Source: Longivirga aurantiaca (GTDB lineage: Bacteria; Actinomycetota; Actinomycetes; S36-B12; CAIYMF01). Taken from it: a stretch of DNA of 32,000 nt. The notes under the pieces were generated by a model. The model saw nothing but the letters and a program-made list of their open reading frames with translations, had not been told where the DNA came from and searched no databases. Location of the stretch: the NCBI RefSeq assembly GCF_042660085.1, contig NZ_JBHSTI010000008.1:960001-992000 (forward strand), read 5' to 3'. Made by a program: the position numbers and the translations under genes. Positions 1 to 8,113 of the stretch are shown piece by piece (position 1 is the stretch's first letter; each line of letters opens with the position of its first letter).

Positions 1-136
1 CGAGGTCGTGATGACCGTGCCCGAGTCCCAGATCGTCGAGACCCTCGTGGAGATGGCGCTCGAGATGGCCGAGGAGATGGGCGTCGACCCCGAGAGCGGC
101 GAGGCCACCGGCCCGGTCGTCGTCCCGGTCGGCTGA
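1..136 (+). CDS. ispG: 3' end of a CDS cut by the window edge; C-terminus resembles 4-hydroxy-3-methylbut-2-enyl diphosphate synthase (IspG/GcpE)
   Basis: Frame open from the window edge to TGA at 134-136. The translation ...TVPESQIVETLVEMALEMAEEMGVDPESGEATGPVVVPVG resembles the actinobacterial IspG tail as I recall it (VPE.QIVETL.EEA..AEEMG). Position upstream of the GNAT/proS/rimP-nusA block matches known actinobacterial synteny. Only 45 aa are visible. Confidence 0.5.
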   Translation, partial: EVVMTVPESQIVETLVEMALEMAEEMGVDPESGEATGPVVVPVG

Positions 137-137
137 C

Positions 138-1058
138 TCAGCCGCGCAGCAGGTCGGCGAGCGCGCGCAGGCCGGATCCGTCCTCGCGCTCCCATCCGGC
201 CATCAGCTCCGGCAGGGGCGCGGGCAGCCGGCAGACGAGCCGGCGGTGCACGGGCCGGATCCGCAGCAGCCAGTCGCGGAGGTCGCGCAGGTCGGCACCC
301 CTCTCCGGCTCGACGTAGAGGCGTACGCCGTCGACGATCGACGACTCGTCCTCGATCCGCCGCATCGGGCAGGTCTCATGGGCCGCGAGCAGCGCAGCGC
401 GCGCGTCGCGGACCGTGTCGTGCAGCTGCTCCGGGCCCACGCCGTACGGGATCGCGGTGATCACGAGGTGCCCGCCCTCGGCGCGGATCGTGCTGTCGAC
501 CGTGAGCGTCACCTCTCGCCCGGCGCGAAGCCCCGCGAGGTCGCCACTGATCTCGCACCCGGTCGGCAGCGCGGGCGGGCCGAGGTCGGCGCGACCTGCC
601 AGCAGCGCACCCACCACCGACGCCGGGTCGTACGGCGGATGCGCTCCTCCGCGGAAGAGCGTGCCCTCCACCAGGCCGAGCGGGACGGGTCCGACCTCCT
701 GCCGCTCGGACGCGAGGGCGAGCGCCCCGACGGGGGAGAGCCGCACGTCGACCTGCTCCGGGTCGGCGGGCCCGGCGTCGCGCGAGCCGGCGTTGCCGAG
801 CAGCTCGACCAGCGGCAGGTGCACCGACCAGGGGACGCCTCGTCGCACGAGGCGGGCGTAGGCGTCGCGCGGGTCGGCCCCGCTCCGCTGCGCCACCACC
901 TGGAGCACGCGCGCGCAGACCACCGGCTCGCCGGCGTCGTCCGCACCGAGCAGGTCGACGGCGTCGAGCAGGGCGGCCTCGACCGAGTCGAGACCGGTGC
1001 GCGTGCTGACCACGACGTCCGTCACGGGGAGACGGTACGGCGAGGTGCCCTTCGTCAC
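138..1058 (-). CDS. Truncated GyrA/ParC N-terminal (breakage-reunion: winged-helix plus tower) homologue lacking the catalytic tyrosine; function unknown
   Basis: 306-aa ORF with a GTG start at 1058 and high GC3. It aligns by eye to E. coli GyrA residues ~40-340. ARVLQVV...DAYARLVRRG..HLPLVELLGNAGSRD matches SARVVGDV...AVYDTIVRMAQ..RYMLVDGQGNFGSID. LPTGCEISG...HLVITAIPYGVGPEQL matches FPTAAIING...IIVHEIPYQVNKARL. IEDESSIVDGVRLYVE matches LRDESDKDGMRIVIE. The HPHGD and AAMRYTE motifs are not conserved. Confidence 0.7.
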   Translation of the reverse strand: MTKGTSPYRLPVTDVVVSTRTGLDSVEAALLDAVDLLGADDAGEPVVCARVLQVVAQRSGADPRDAYARLVRRGVPWSVHLPLVELLGNAGSRDAGPADPEQVDVRLSPVGALALASERQEVGPVPLGLVEGTLFRGGAHPPYDPASVVGALLAGRADLGPPALPTGCEISGDLAGLRAGREVTLTVDSTIRAEGGHLVITAIPYGVGPEQLHDTVRDARAALLAAHETCPMRRIEDESSIVDGVRLYVEPERGADLRDLRDWLLRIRPVHRRLVCRLPAPLPELMAGWEREDGSGLRALADLLRG

Positions 1059-1137
1059 AGCCGTCGATCGCCCTGCCCGGTCGCCGCGCGCGAGATATTA
1101 CTAGCGGGTAACATAGGGATCGATCAAGGAGGTCGCC
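1059..1137. promoter_or_regulatory. Compact divergent promoter region between the GyrA-like gene and the small His-rich ORF
   Basis: This is the only AT-rich patch in the first 3 kb (gagatattactagcgggtaacatagggatcgatcaagg). A TAATAT -10-like hexamer lies on the minus strand (1100-1095). A TAACAT -10-like hexamer lies on the plus strand (1109-1114). GATCGATC palindrome at 1119-1126 and AAGGAGG SD at 1126-1132. Hexamers were assigned by eye only. Confidence 0.35.
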
Positions 1138-1356
1138 ATGACCAGCACCCTGCACCTTCCGCCCGCCGTCGAGCACGCCGCGCACGAGGTCGTCCACCAG
1201 GCAGGGGCCGTGACCCACCAGGTTGCCGTCGCCGCGCACGGGATGACCGATGCTGCGCACCACCTCGGCGATGCCGTCGTCGACGTGCTGCTGTCGCCGC
1301 TCACCCCCGACCTCGCCGACTTCCACGTCGAGTTCACCGAGGACGACATCCTCTGA
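1138..1356 (+). CDS. Small His-rich acidic protein (72 aa), no recognised family
   Basis: The ATG is preceded by a near-perfect SD (AAGGAGG, 5-nt spacer). 66 of 72 codons end in G or C, as in real genes of this window. It contains 10 His, many spaced as HxxxH or HH (AVEHAAHEVVHQ, AAHGMTDAAHHLGD). A hairpin follows it. Confidence 0.7.
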   Translation: MTSTLHLPPAVEHAAHEVVHQAGAVTHQVAVAAHGMTDAAHHLGDAVVDVLLSPLTPDLADFHVEFTEDDIL

Positions 1357-1400
1357 CCCGTCCGCCCTCCGGCGATTCGCCCCCGATCTGGTTGCCTCTC

Positions 1401-1445
1401 GCCGCGATTGGTCGTGAAGTAGCGACCAATCCGGGGCCAGATTCA
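1401..1445. repeat. Left copy of a ~45-bp inverted repeat flanking the DUF559 gene; contains a 9-bp hairpin and probably acts as a bidirectional terminator
   Basis: gccgcgattggtcgtgaagtagcgaccaatccggggccagattca. Internal stem 1406-1414 (gattggtcg) pairs with 1423-1431 (cgaccaatc), with an 8-nt loop. It matches the reverse complement of 2484-2528 at 35/45 positions. It lies between the convergent small ORF and the DUF559 gene, whose stop codon (1443-1445) forms the last 3 nt. Confidence 0.75.
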
Positions 1446-2405
1446 TCGGGTTCTCGCGTCCCTGAGCGCCTCGGTCACGCGTGCCACGACGCGTTGTGGC
1501 GCGCCCCACGTCTCGTCGGAGGTCCAGCGCACGAAGCGGTAGCCCATGCGTCGGAGCGAGTCCTCGCGCACCTTCTCCGCGCGGAGCGACTCGCGGTCGC
1601 GCAGTTTGCCCCATCCGTCTGCCTCGCCGATGACGCGCAGCGTGCGCCACAGGAAGTCCAGGGGGTAGCGTCGGCCGTCGTCGTCGACCACCCACGCCTG
1701 CAGCTCGGGACGGGGCAGATCGGCCTCGATGAACAGCCCCCTCGACGCCGACTCGAGCGGTGTCTCGGCAAGGCGGTCGGCCGCCTCGATCGCGCGCCGC
1801 AACCCCGCCCGGCCGTAGACGAACCGTGTCCGGTCGAGGGCCCCGTACAGGTCGCGCCGCGGCACGCTCCGGAGTGCCGCGTCGAGCACGACCAACGCCT
1901 CGGGGAGGGGCCGGAACCGAGCCAGGTCGATCGCGGTCCTCGCGACCGACGTCACCGGGAGTCCGTACGCCGCATGTCGGTCCTCCTCGGCGACGTCGGC
2001 GATCCACAGATGCGCTCCACGCATGATCCGGCCGTGCCGCGCACTGGTGATCTGCACCTCCTCCGGCACCCGCGGACCCGGCCTCATCGTCGGCTGATGC
2101 AGCAGCAGCCCGGCGGACTCGCGCGACACCCAGGCTTCGGCGTCCATGGCCGCGAGAATCCGCACCGCGAGGGCGACGTGGAGTTCGCGCTCGGCGAGAG
2201 GATCTCCACCGCTCCCGAGGCCCCTGTCGATCGGTACGCCGACCACGCCGTGCCGGAAGCGCACGAGGGTGCCGGCCTCGACCGCGGCGCGGACCTGGCC
2301 GCGCGTAAGTCCGGAGGCGAGGACGGCGGCCACGGGGTGCGGGCCCTCACCGAGCAGGGACAGGACCGCGGCGGCGGTCTCCTGGGTGCGATGGATGGGC
2401 GGCAC
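1443..2405 (-). CDS. AbiEi_4-like wHTH N-terminal domain fused to a DUF559 (Vsr/PD-(D/E)XK-like endonuclease fold) domain
   Basis: The N-terminus (GLTRGQVRAAVEAGTLVRFRHGVVGV) is typical of the AbiEi antitoxin-like wHTH. The C-terminus (YPLDFLWRTLRVIGEADGWGKL...EKVREDSLRRMGYRFVRWT) is the DUF559 core with D...E.DG..K. The start is uncertain: GTG at 2405 gives 320 aa, GTG at 2459 gives 338 aa. The upper part of the 546-aa track ORF is an out-of-frame extension over the GNAT gene. Confidence 0.8.
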   Translation of the reverse strand: MPPIHRTQETAAAVLSLLGEGPHPVAAVLASGLTRGQVRAAVEAGTLVRFRHGVVGVPIDRGLGSGGDPLAERELHVALAVRILAAMDAEAWVSRESAGLLLHQPTMRPGPRVPEEVQITSARHGRIMRGAHLWIADVAEEDRHAAYGLPVTSVARTAIDLARFRPLPEALVVLDAALRSVPRRDLYGALDRTRFVYGRAGLRRAIEAADRLAETPLESASRGLFIEADLPRPELQAWVVDDDGRRYPLDFLWRTLRVIGEADGWGKLRDRESLRAEKVREDSLRRMGYRFVRWTSDETWGAPQRVVARVTEALRDARTR

Positions 2406-2483
2406 GGCGTCATGGTGGGTGGGTCCGTCGTACCCCCGCTGCCGCCGTCCACAGGGCACCGGCCACCGGATCACTGGGGGGCG

Positions 2484-2528
2484 TGAATCTGCCCCCGGTT
2501 GGGTCGTGACTTCACAACACAACGCGCC
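2484..2528. repeat. Right copy (inverted) of the ~45-bp repeat flanking the DUF559 gene
   Basis: tgaatctgcccccggttgggtcgtgacttcacaacacaacgcgcc. Its reverse complement aligns without gaps to 1401-1445 (35/45 overall; 27/32 in the core 2484-2515 vs 1414-1445). Its own stem 2498-2506 / 2515-2523 gives 7 Watson-Crick pairs, 1 G-U and 1 mismatch on the minus-strand transcript. It sits in the divergent intergenic region between the DUF559 and GNAT genes. Confidence 0.75.
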
Positions 2529-2580
2529 GAGACACGACGAAATCGGGGGCAAGAGCCCGAGACGGCGCGGGTCCGGCAGG

Positions 2581-3441
2581 ATGTGCGGCGTGACGACGGC
2601 GACCGCGGGCGTGCTCCGCGTGCTCGGGCCGCGCGACCTCGCCGAGGTCCGCGCCCTGCTCGCCCGCGACCCGGTCTCGCACTGCTTCGTCGCCTCGCGC
2701 GTGCTCACCAGCGGCCTCGACACGTGGCGCATGGGCGGCGAGCTCTGGGGCTGGACCGAGGACGGCGAGCTCACCTCGCTGCTGTACCTCGGCGCCAACC
2801 TCGTCCCGGTGGAGACCACTCCCGAGGCCCGCCGCGCCTTCGCCGACCGGTGCCGCCGGATCGGACGCCGCTGCTCCTCGATCGTCGGCCCGTACGACGA
2901 CGTCGCCGTCCTCTGGTCGATGCTCGCCGACTCCTGGGGCCCGGCCCGCGACATCCGAGCGTCCCAGCCGGTCATGGTGATCGAGCGCGACGCACCCGTC
3001 CGCGTGCCTGCCGACCCGCTCGTGCGCCGCGTGCGCGAGGACGAGATCGACATCCTCATGCCCGCGTGCGTGGCGATGTTCACCGAGGAGGTCGGCGTCT
3101 CGCCCCTCGCCGGCGGCGGGGCCGACCCCTACCGCGCCCGTATCGCCGAGCTCGTCCGCTCGGGCCGCGCCTTCGCGCGGATCGAGGACGGCCGCGTCAT
3201 CACCAAGGCCGAGGTCGGGGCGGTCGGCGACGGCGTCTGCCAGGTGCAGGGCGTGTGGACCGCGCCCGAGCTGCGCGGCCGCGGGCTCGGGCTGGCCGCG
3301 ATGGGCCAGGTGGTGTCGCTGGCTCGCGAGATCACGCCCACGGTGAGCCTCTACGTCAACGACTTCAACGTCGTCGCGCGGCACGTCTACGAGCGCGTCG
3401 GCTTCCACCAGACGGCCACCTTCTCGACCGTCCTGTTCTGA
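2581..3441 (+). CDS. GNAT family N-acetyltransferase with a DUF4081-type N-terminal domain
   Basis: The C-terminal half carries the acetyl-CoA motif (QVQGVWTAPELRGRGLGLAAMGQVV...YVNDFNVVARHVYERVGF). The N-terminal half (LRVLGPRDLAEVRALLARDPVSHCFVASRV) resembles DUF4081. Start taken as ATG 2581; the upstream part of the 431-aa track ORF overlaps the minus-strand gene. Confidence 0.8.
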   Translation: MCGVTTATAGVLRVLGPRDLAEVRALLARDPVSHCFVASRVLTSGLDTWRMGGELWGWTEDGELTSLLYLGANLVPVETTPEARRAFADRCRRIGRRCSSIVGPYDDVAVLWSMLADSWGPARDIRASQPVMVIERDAPVRVPADPLVRRVREDEIDILMPACVAMFTEEVGVSPLAGGGADPYRARIAELVRSGRAFARIEDGRVITKAEVGAVGDGVCQVQGVWTAPELRGRGLGLAAMGQVVSLAREITPTVSLYVNDFNVVARHVYERVGFHQTATFSTVLF

Positions 3442-3487
3442 CCTCCGCGCGGCGGGATCACCGCCGGGCATGGGGGAGGATGGTCGG

Positions 3488-4738
3488 ATGCTGCACCGTC
3501 CCGCCTCCGACTCCCTGTGGGCGGACCGGGACTTCCGGCTCTACTGGGTCAGCCGCGTCATCTCGTACGCCGGCGGCACGATCACGTACGTCGCCGCGCC
3601 CATCCTGGTGTACGCGCTCACCGGTTCCGCGCTGCTCACCGGCGTCACCGCGGCGACGGAGGGGCTGCCGTACCTCCTGTTCGGCCTGTTCGCCGGCGCC
3701 CTGGCCGACCGCGTCGACCGCCGCCGGGTCATGGTCGGCTCCGACCTCATCAACGCGGTCGTCCTCGCGACCGTGCCGATCGCGGCCGCCCTCGGGCGGC
3801 TGACCGCGGCGCACGTCATCGTCGTCGGCCTCGTCACGATGACGGTCTTCGTCTTCTGGGACGCCGCCAACTTCGGCGCGGTGCCCACCCTCGTGGGCAG
3901 GGACCGCATCCGCGAGGCGAACAACGCCGTCTGGGGCGCGACCCAGGTGTTCGACGTCGTGCTCCCCGGCCTGGTCGGACTGGTCGTCGCCTGGCTGGCG
4001 CCGTCGACCCTCTACTGGGTCAACGCGTTCACGTTCCTCGCGAGCGCTTTCCTCGTCCGCGGGATCGTGCGCAACCTGTCGGGCGAGCGCGACCCCGACG
4101 CGGGCCGGCTGCGCGAGGACGTGCTCACCGGCCTGCGCTGGCTGTGGGGCCACACCACGCTGCGCACGATGACGTTCATCGGCACGACCGTGTCGTTCAG
4201 CATGGGCGCGGTCATGGGTCAGCTGGTGCCGTTCGCCGACCAGGTGCTCGGCATCCGGCAGGGCGACGTACGGCTCGGGGCGGTGTTCGCCGTCTTCAGC
4301 CTCGGCGGACTCGTGGGCACGCTCGCGAGCCGGTGGCTGCGGCCCTTCACCGCTGCCCGGGTGAGCCTCGTGAGCACGTCGTTCATGGCGGTGCTGATCG
4401 TGCTCATCCCGTGGCCGAGGGACTACCGCGTGACCTTCGTGCTCGTCTTCCTGTTCGGAGTCGCGAACCTCATCAGCGTCGTCAACAACATCACCTTCCG
4501 CCAGGAGGAGACGCCCGAGGACATGCAGAGCCGGGTCAACACCACCGGCCGGATGCTCAGCTGGGGCCTGGGCGCCCCGGCGGGCGCCCTCGTCGGCGGC
4601 ATCGTCGCGCACGCCTACGGCCCGGCGCTCGGGATGGCGTCCGGGAGCATCGTCGTCATCGTCGGCGTCGCGCTCGGATGGACCTCCTCGCTCGCCCGGA
4701 TCCCCGCCCGGCGAGATCTCGTACGCGACACCGCCTGA
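3488..4738 (+). CDS. MFS transporter (MFS_3 / EntS-like subfamily)
   Basis: About 12 hydrophobic segments. The motif [13 protein letters not shown] follows TM2. ATG 3488 has a GGAGGA SD 8 nt upstream; an alternative in-frame ATG lies at 3470. Confidence 0.85.
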   Translation: MLHRPASDSLWADRDFRLYWVSRVISYAGGTITYVAAPILVYALTGSALLTGVTAATEGLPYLLFGLFAGALADRVDRRRVMVGSDLINAVVLATVPIAAALGRLTAAHVIVVGLVTMTVFVFWDAANFGAVPTLVGRDRIREANNAVWGATQVFDVVLPGLVGLVVAWLAPSTLYWVNAFTFLASAFLVRGIVRNLSGERDPDAGRLREDVLTGLRWLWGHTTLRTMTFIGTTVSFSMGAVMGQLVPFADQVLGIRQGDVRLGAVFAVFSLGGLVGTLASRWLRPFTAARVSLVSTSFMAVLIVLIPWPRDYRVTFVLVFLFGVANLISVVNNITFRQEETPEDMQSRVNTTGRMLSWGLGAPAGALVGGIVAHAYGPALGMASGSIVVIVGVALGWTSSLARIPARRDLVRDTA

Positions 4739-4794
4739 GCGGCCGATATCCTCGGGGTCCGCTCGCCCGCCCGTCCTGTCACCTGGAGACCCCT

Positions 4795-6558
4795 GTGCTG
4801 CTCCGCATGTCGTCGCTGTTCCTGCGCACCCTGCGCGAGGACCCCGCGGACGCCGAGGTGCCGAGCCACAAGCTCCTCGTGCGTGCCGGCTACGTGCGCC
4901 GTGTCGCGCCGGGCATCTTCACCTGGCTGCCGCTCGGCTACACGGTCTACCGCAACGTCGAGCGCATCATCCGCGCCGAGATGGATGCGGCGGGCTTCCA
5001 GGAGGTGCACTTCCCGGCGCTGCTGCCCCGTGAGCCCTACGAGGCCACGAACCGCTGGACCGAGTACGGCGCCGGCCTGTTCCGTCTGCAGGACCGCCGC
5101 GGCAACGACTTCCTGCTCGGCCCCACGCACGAGGAGATGTTCACGCTCCTCGTGAAGGGCGAGTACTCGTCGTACAAGGACCTGCCGCTGTCGATCTACC
5201 AGATCCAGACGAAGTACCGCGACGAGGCGCGTCCCCGCGCCGGCATCCTGCGCGGCCGCGAGTTCGTGATGAAGGACTCCTACTCCTTCGACGTCGACGA
5301 CGCCGGCCTGCAGGTGTCGTACGACAAGCACCGCGCTGCCTACCAGTCGACGTTCGAGCGGCTCGGCCTCGACTACGTGATCGTGTCGGCGCAGTCCGGT
5401 GCGATGGGCGGCTCGGCGTCGGAGGAGTTCCTCGCGCCCTGCGAGAGCGGCGAGGACACCTATGTGCGCTGCACGTCGTGCGACTACGCGGCCAACGTCG
5501 AGGCCGTCGTCACGCCCGTGCCCGACGCGGTCCCGTACGCCGATGCGCCCGCGGCCCACGTGGAGGACACGCCCGACACCCCCACGATCGACACGCTCGT
5601 GGCGGCCGCGAACGCCGACCACGCACGCCCCGACCGCGCCTGGACGGCGGCCGACACGCTGAAGAACGTCGCGTTCCTGGTGGCGCTGCCCGACGGCACG
5701 TCGTACCCCCTCGTCGTCGGCCTGCCCGGCGACCGCGAGGTCGACATGAAGCGCCTCGAGGCCGTGCTGCAGCCCGGCGAGCCCACGCCGATGGACGACG
5801 TCGAGCTGAAGAAGCACCCGCTCATCGTGAAGGGCTACCTCGGCCCCGAGGTGCTCGGCGAGGAGTCCGCGAGCGGCATCCGCTACGTCGTCGACCCGCG
5901 CGTGGTCGAGGGCACCCGGTGGATCACCGGCGCCAACGTGCACGGCAAGCACGTGTTCGACCTGGTCGCCGGTCGCGACTTCACGCCCGACGGCACGATC
6001 GAGGCCGCCGAGGTGCTGCCCGGCGACGTCTGCCCGCGGTGCGCGTCGGCGCTCGAGCTGGCCCGCGGCATCGAGATCGGCCACATCTTCCAGCTCGGTC
6101 GCAAGTACGCCGAGGCGCTCGACCTCAAGGTGCTCGACGAGAACGGCAAGCAGCAGGTCGTCACGATGGGCTCGTACGGCATCGGTGTCTCGCGCGCGGT
6201 CGCCGCGATCGCCGAGCAGAGCTTCGACGAGCTCGGCCTGTGCTGGCCGCGCGAGGTCGCGCCCGCCGACGTCCACCTGGTGGCCACCGGCAAGGACCAG
6301 GCCGTCTACGAGTATGCCGAGACCCTCGCCGCGGGCCTCGTGGCCCAGGGGCTGCGCGTGATCCTCGACGACCGCAAGCAGGCCTCGCCCGGGGTGAAGT
6401 TCAAGGACTCCGAGCTCGTCGGCGTCCCGACCATCGTCGTGGTCGGCAAGGGCCTCGTGGACGGTGTCGTCGAGCTCAAGGACCGCAAGTCCGGCCAGCG
6501 TGCCGAGCTCGCCGCCGACGGTGCGCTCGACGCGATCGTCGCGGCCTGCCGCGCATGA
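4795..6558 (+). CDS. proS: Proline--tRNA ligase (bacterial type with INS editing domain)
   Basis: (V)[48 protein letters not shown] matches the ProS N-terminus. Class II motifs are present ([37 protein letters not shown]). GTG 4795 has a GGAGA SD 5 nt upstream. The 5' 1.3 kb of the 1013-aa track ORF is read-through over the MFS gene. Confidence 0.95.
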   Translation: MLLRMSSLFLRTLREDPADAEVPSHKLLVRAGYVRRVAPGIFTWLPLGYTVYRNVERIIRAEMDAAGFQEVHFPALLPREPYEATNRWTEYGAGLFRLQDRRGNDFLLGPTHEEMFTLLVKGEYSSYKDLPLSIYQIQTKYRDEARPRAGILRGREFVMKDSYSFDVDDAGLQVSYDKHRAAYQSTFERLGLDYVIVSAQSGAMGGSASEEFLAPCESGEDTYVRCTSCDYAANVEAVVTPVPDAVPYADAPAAHVEDTPDTPTIDTLVAAANADHARPDRAWTAADTLKNVAFLVALPDGTSYPLVVGLPGDREVDMKRLEAVLQPGEPTPMDDVELKKHPLIVKGYLGPEVLGEESASGIRYVVDPRVVEGTRWITGANVHGKHVFDLVAGRDFTPDGTIEAAEVLPGDVCPRCASALELARGIEIGHIFQLGRKYAEALDLKVLDENGKQQVVTMGSYGIGVSRAVAAIAEQSFDELGLCWPREVAPADVHLVATGKDQAVYEYAETLAAGLVAQGLRVILDDRKQASPGVKFKDSELVGVPTIVVVGKGLVDGVVELKDRKSGQRAELAADGALDAIVAACRA

Positions 6559-7301
6559 CCACGGTCGAGGCCGTCGTCTTCGACTGGGGCGGCACCCTCA
6601 CGCCCTGGCACGAGATCGACCTGGTCGCCCAGTGGTATGCGTACGCCCAGGTCTACGACCCCGTGCACGGTGCTGAGCTCGCGCGTCGGCTGTTCGACGC
6701 CGAGGAGTCGTTCTGGCAGCGCCAGCGCGCGTCCTTCGGCGCGGAGGGCACGGGGCACCTCGCGGGCGTGTTCGAGCGGGCCGGCATCGACACCTCGACC
6801 TGGCAGCACCGCGACGCGCTCGACGCCTACCTCGACGCGTGGGACCCGCACACCCACACGAGCCCCGAGGTGGTGCCGCTGCTCGAGGGGCTGCGCGCCG
6901 ACGGTCTGAAGGTCGGCGTGCTGTCGAACACCATGTGGCCCAGGTCCTTCCACGAGCAGGTGTTCACGCGCGACGGCGTCCTGCCCCTGATCGACGGCGC
7001 GGTCTACACGAGCGAGACCCCGGTCGGGAAGCCGCATGCCGACGCGTTCGCCCTCGCGCTGGCGGCCGTCGGTGTCGCTGACGCGAGCCGGGTCGTGTTC
7101 GTCGGCGACCGCCCGTGGGACGACGTCCACGGCGCGCAGCAGGTCGGCATGCGCGCGATCCTCGTTCCGCACTCGGACATCCCCGACCACCAGCAGGTGC
7201 CGGTCGACGTCACGCCCGACGCCGTGGTGCAGAGCATCGGCGACGTGCTCGACGTCGTCCGCGCCTGGAACGCCGAGGCCGTGCGCGCCACCGGCGCCTG
7301 A
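6555..7301 (+). CDS. HAD-superfamily hydrolase (subfamily IA-like)
   Basis: Motif I is VVFDWGGTL (DxG variant). It also has LSNT, K in GKPHADAF, and [14 protein letters not shown] (motif IV). The ATG overlaps the proS stop (ATGA at 6555-6558), implying translational coupling. Confidence 0.8.
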   Translation: MTTVEAVVFDWGGTLTPWHEIDLVAQWYAYAQVYDPVHGAELARRLFDAEESFWQRQRASFGAEGTGHLAGVFERAGIDTSTWQHRDALDAYLDAWDPHTHTSPEVVPLLEGLRADGLKVGVLSNTMWPRSFHEQVFTRDGVLPLIDGAVYTSETPVGKPHADAFALALAAVGVADASRVVFVGDRPWDDVHGAQQVGMRAILVPHSDIPDHQQVPVDVTPDAVVQSIGDVLDVVRAWNAEAVRATGA

Positions 7302-7309
7302 CCGCCTCG

Positions 7310-8110
7310 ATGGACACCGTCCTCGGCGTCACGCCGCTCGTGCTGGTGGCGCTGCTGGGCGCGGCCATGCTCGCGGGCTGGGTCGACGCGGTGTCCGGCG
7401 GCGGCGGTCTCGTGCAGCTGCCCGCGCTGCTCGTGGCGCTCCCCGGTGCCGAGCCCGCCACGGTGCTCGGCACCAACAAGGCGTCGTCGATCATCGGCAC
7501 CTCCGCGGCCGCGCTCACCTACCGCCGGGCCGCCGTCACCGATGTCGGCACGGCCGTGCGCATGGCGGCAGCGGCCTTCGTCGGGTCGGCCTGCGGCGCG
7601 GCGCTCGCCACGCGGGTGCCCGGCTCGCTGTTCCGCCCGCTCGCGCTGGTGCTGCTCGTCGTCGTCGGGCTGTGGACGTTGCTCCGCCCGAACCTGGGGG
7701 ACACGCAGGATCTGCGCTGGCACGGCACCGAGTCGCATGCGCGGCACGGCATCGCGGCGCTCGCGCTCGGCGCCGGCATCGGCCTGTACGACGGCGTGTT
7801 CGGCCCCGGCACCGGCACGTTCCTGGTGTTCGCGCTGGTCTCGCTGCTCGGCTACTCGTTCCTCAACGCCTCGGCCATCGCCAAGGTCGTCAACGTCTCG
7901 ACCAACCTCGCCGCGCTCATCGTGTTCGGCCTCGGCGGGCACGTGCTCTGGGCGCTGGGCCTCGCGATGGGCGCGGCCAACCTCGTCGGGGGAGTGGTCG
8001 GCGCGCGGACCGCGGTGAAGCGCGGATCGGGCTTCGTGCGGATCGTGTTCCTCGTGGTCGTCGGCGTACTCCTCGTGAAGCTCGGCAGCGACGTCCTGCG
8101 CGGCGAGTAG
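7310..8110 (+). CDS. TSUP (TauE/SafE) family anion-exporter-like membrane protein
   Basis: 266 aa with ~8 hydrophobic segments. Family-typical repeats are present: VDAVSGGGGLVQLPALL and YDGVFGPGTGTFLVFALV. Confidence 0.8.
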   Translation: MDTVLGVTPLVLVALLGAAMLAGWVDAVSGGGGLVQLPALLVALPGAEPATVLGTNKASSIIGTSAAALTYRRAAVTDVGTAVRMAAAAFVGSACGAALATRVPGSLFRPLALVLLVVVGLWTLLRPNLGDTQDLRWHGTESHARHGIAALALGAGIGLYDGVFGPGTGTFLVFALVSLLGYSFLNASAIAKVVNVSTNLAALIVFGLGGHVLWALGLAMGAANLVGGVVGARTAVKRGSGFVRIVFLVVVGVLLVKLGSDVLRGE

Positions 8111-8113
8111 CCC

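Noticed and set aside
1101-1349. 82-aa minus-strand ORF overlapping the small His-rich ORF
   Set aside because: It has no SD, and its odd Ser/Thr/Cys/Trp-rich composition is typical of an antisense frame. The plus frame has a near-perfect SD and 66 of 72 codons ending in G/C.
246-2486. 746-aa plus-strand ORF, and the 543-aa minus ORF at 376-2007
   Set aside because: Both cross several independently supported genes in wrong frames (GyrA-like, small ORF, DUF559). Both encode Arg/Pro/Gly-rich low-complexity sequence.
3517-4794. 5' extension making proS a 1013-aa protein
   Set aside because: The extension is an out-of-frame read of the MFS gene (Arg/Pro/Gly-rich). The ProS homology begins at GTG 4795, which has its own SD.
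3458-6276. Minus-strand ORFs of 384 aa (3458-4612) and 553 aa (4615-6276)
   Set aside because: They are antisense to the MFS transporter and proS respectively. They have Arg/Asp/Gly/His-rich compositions, no SD and no domain signatures.
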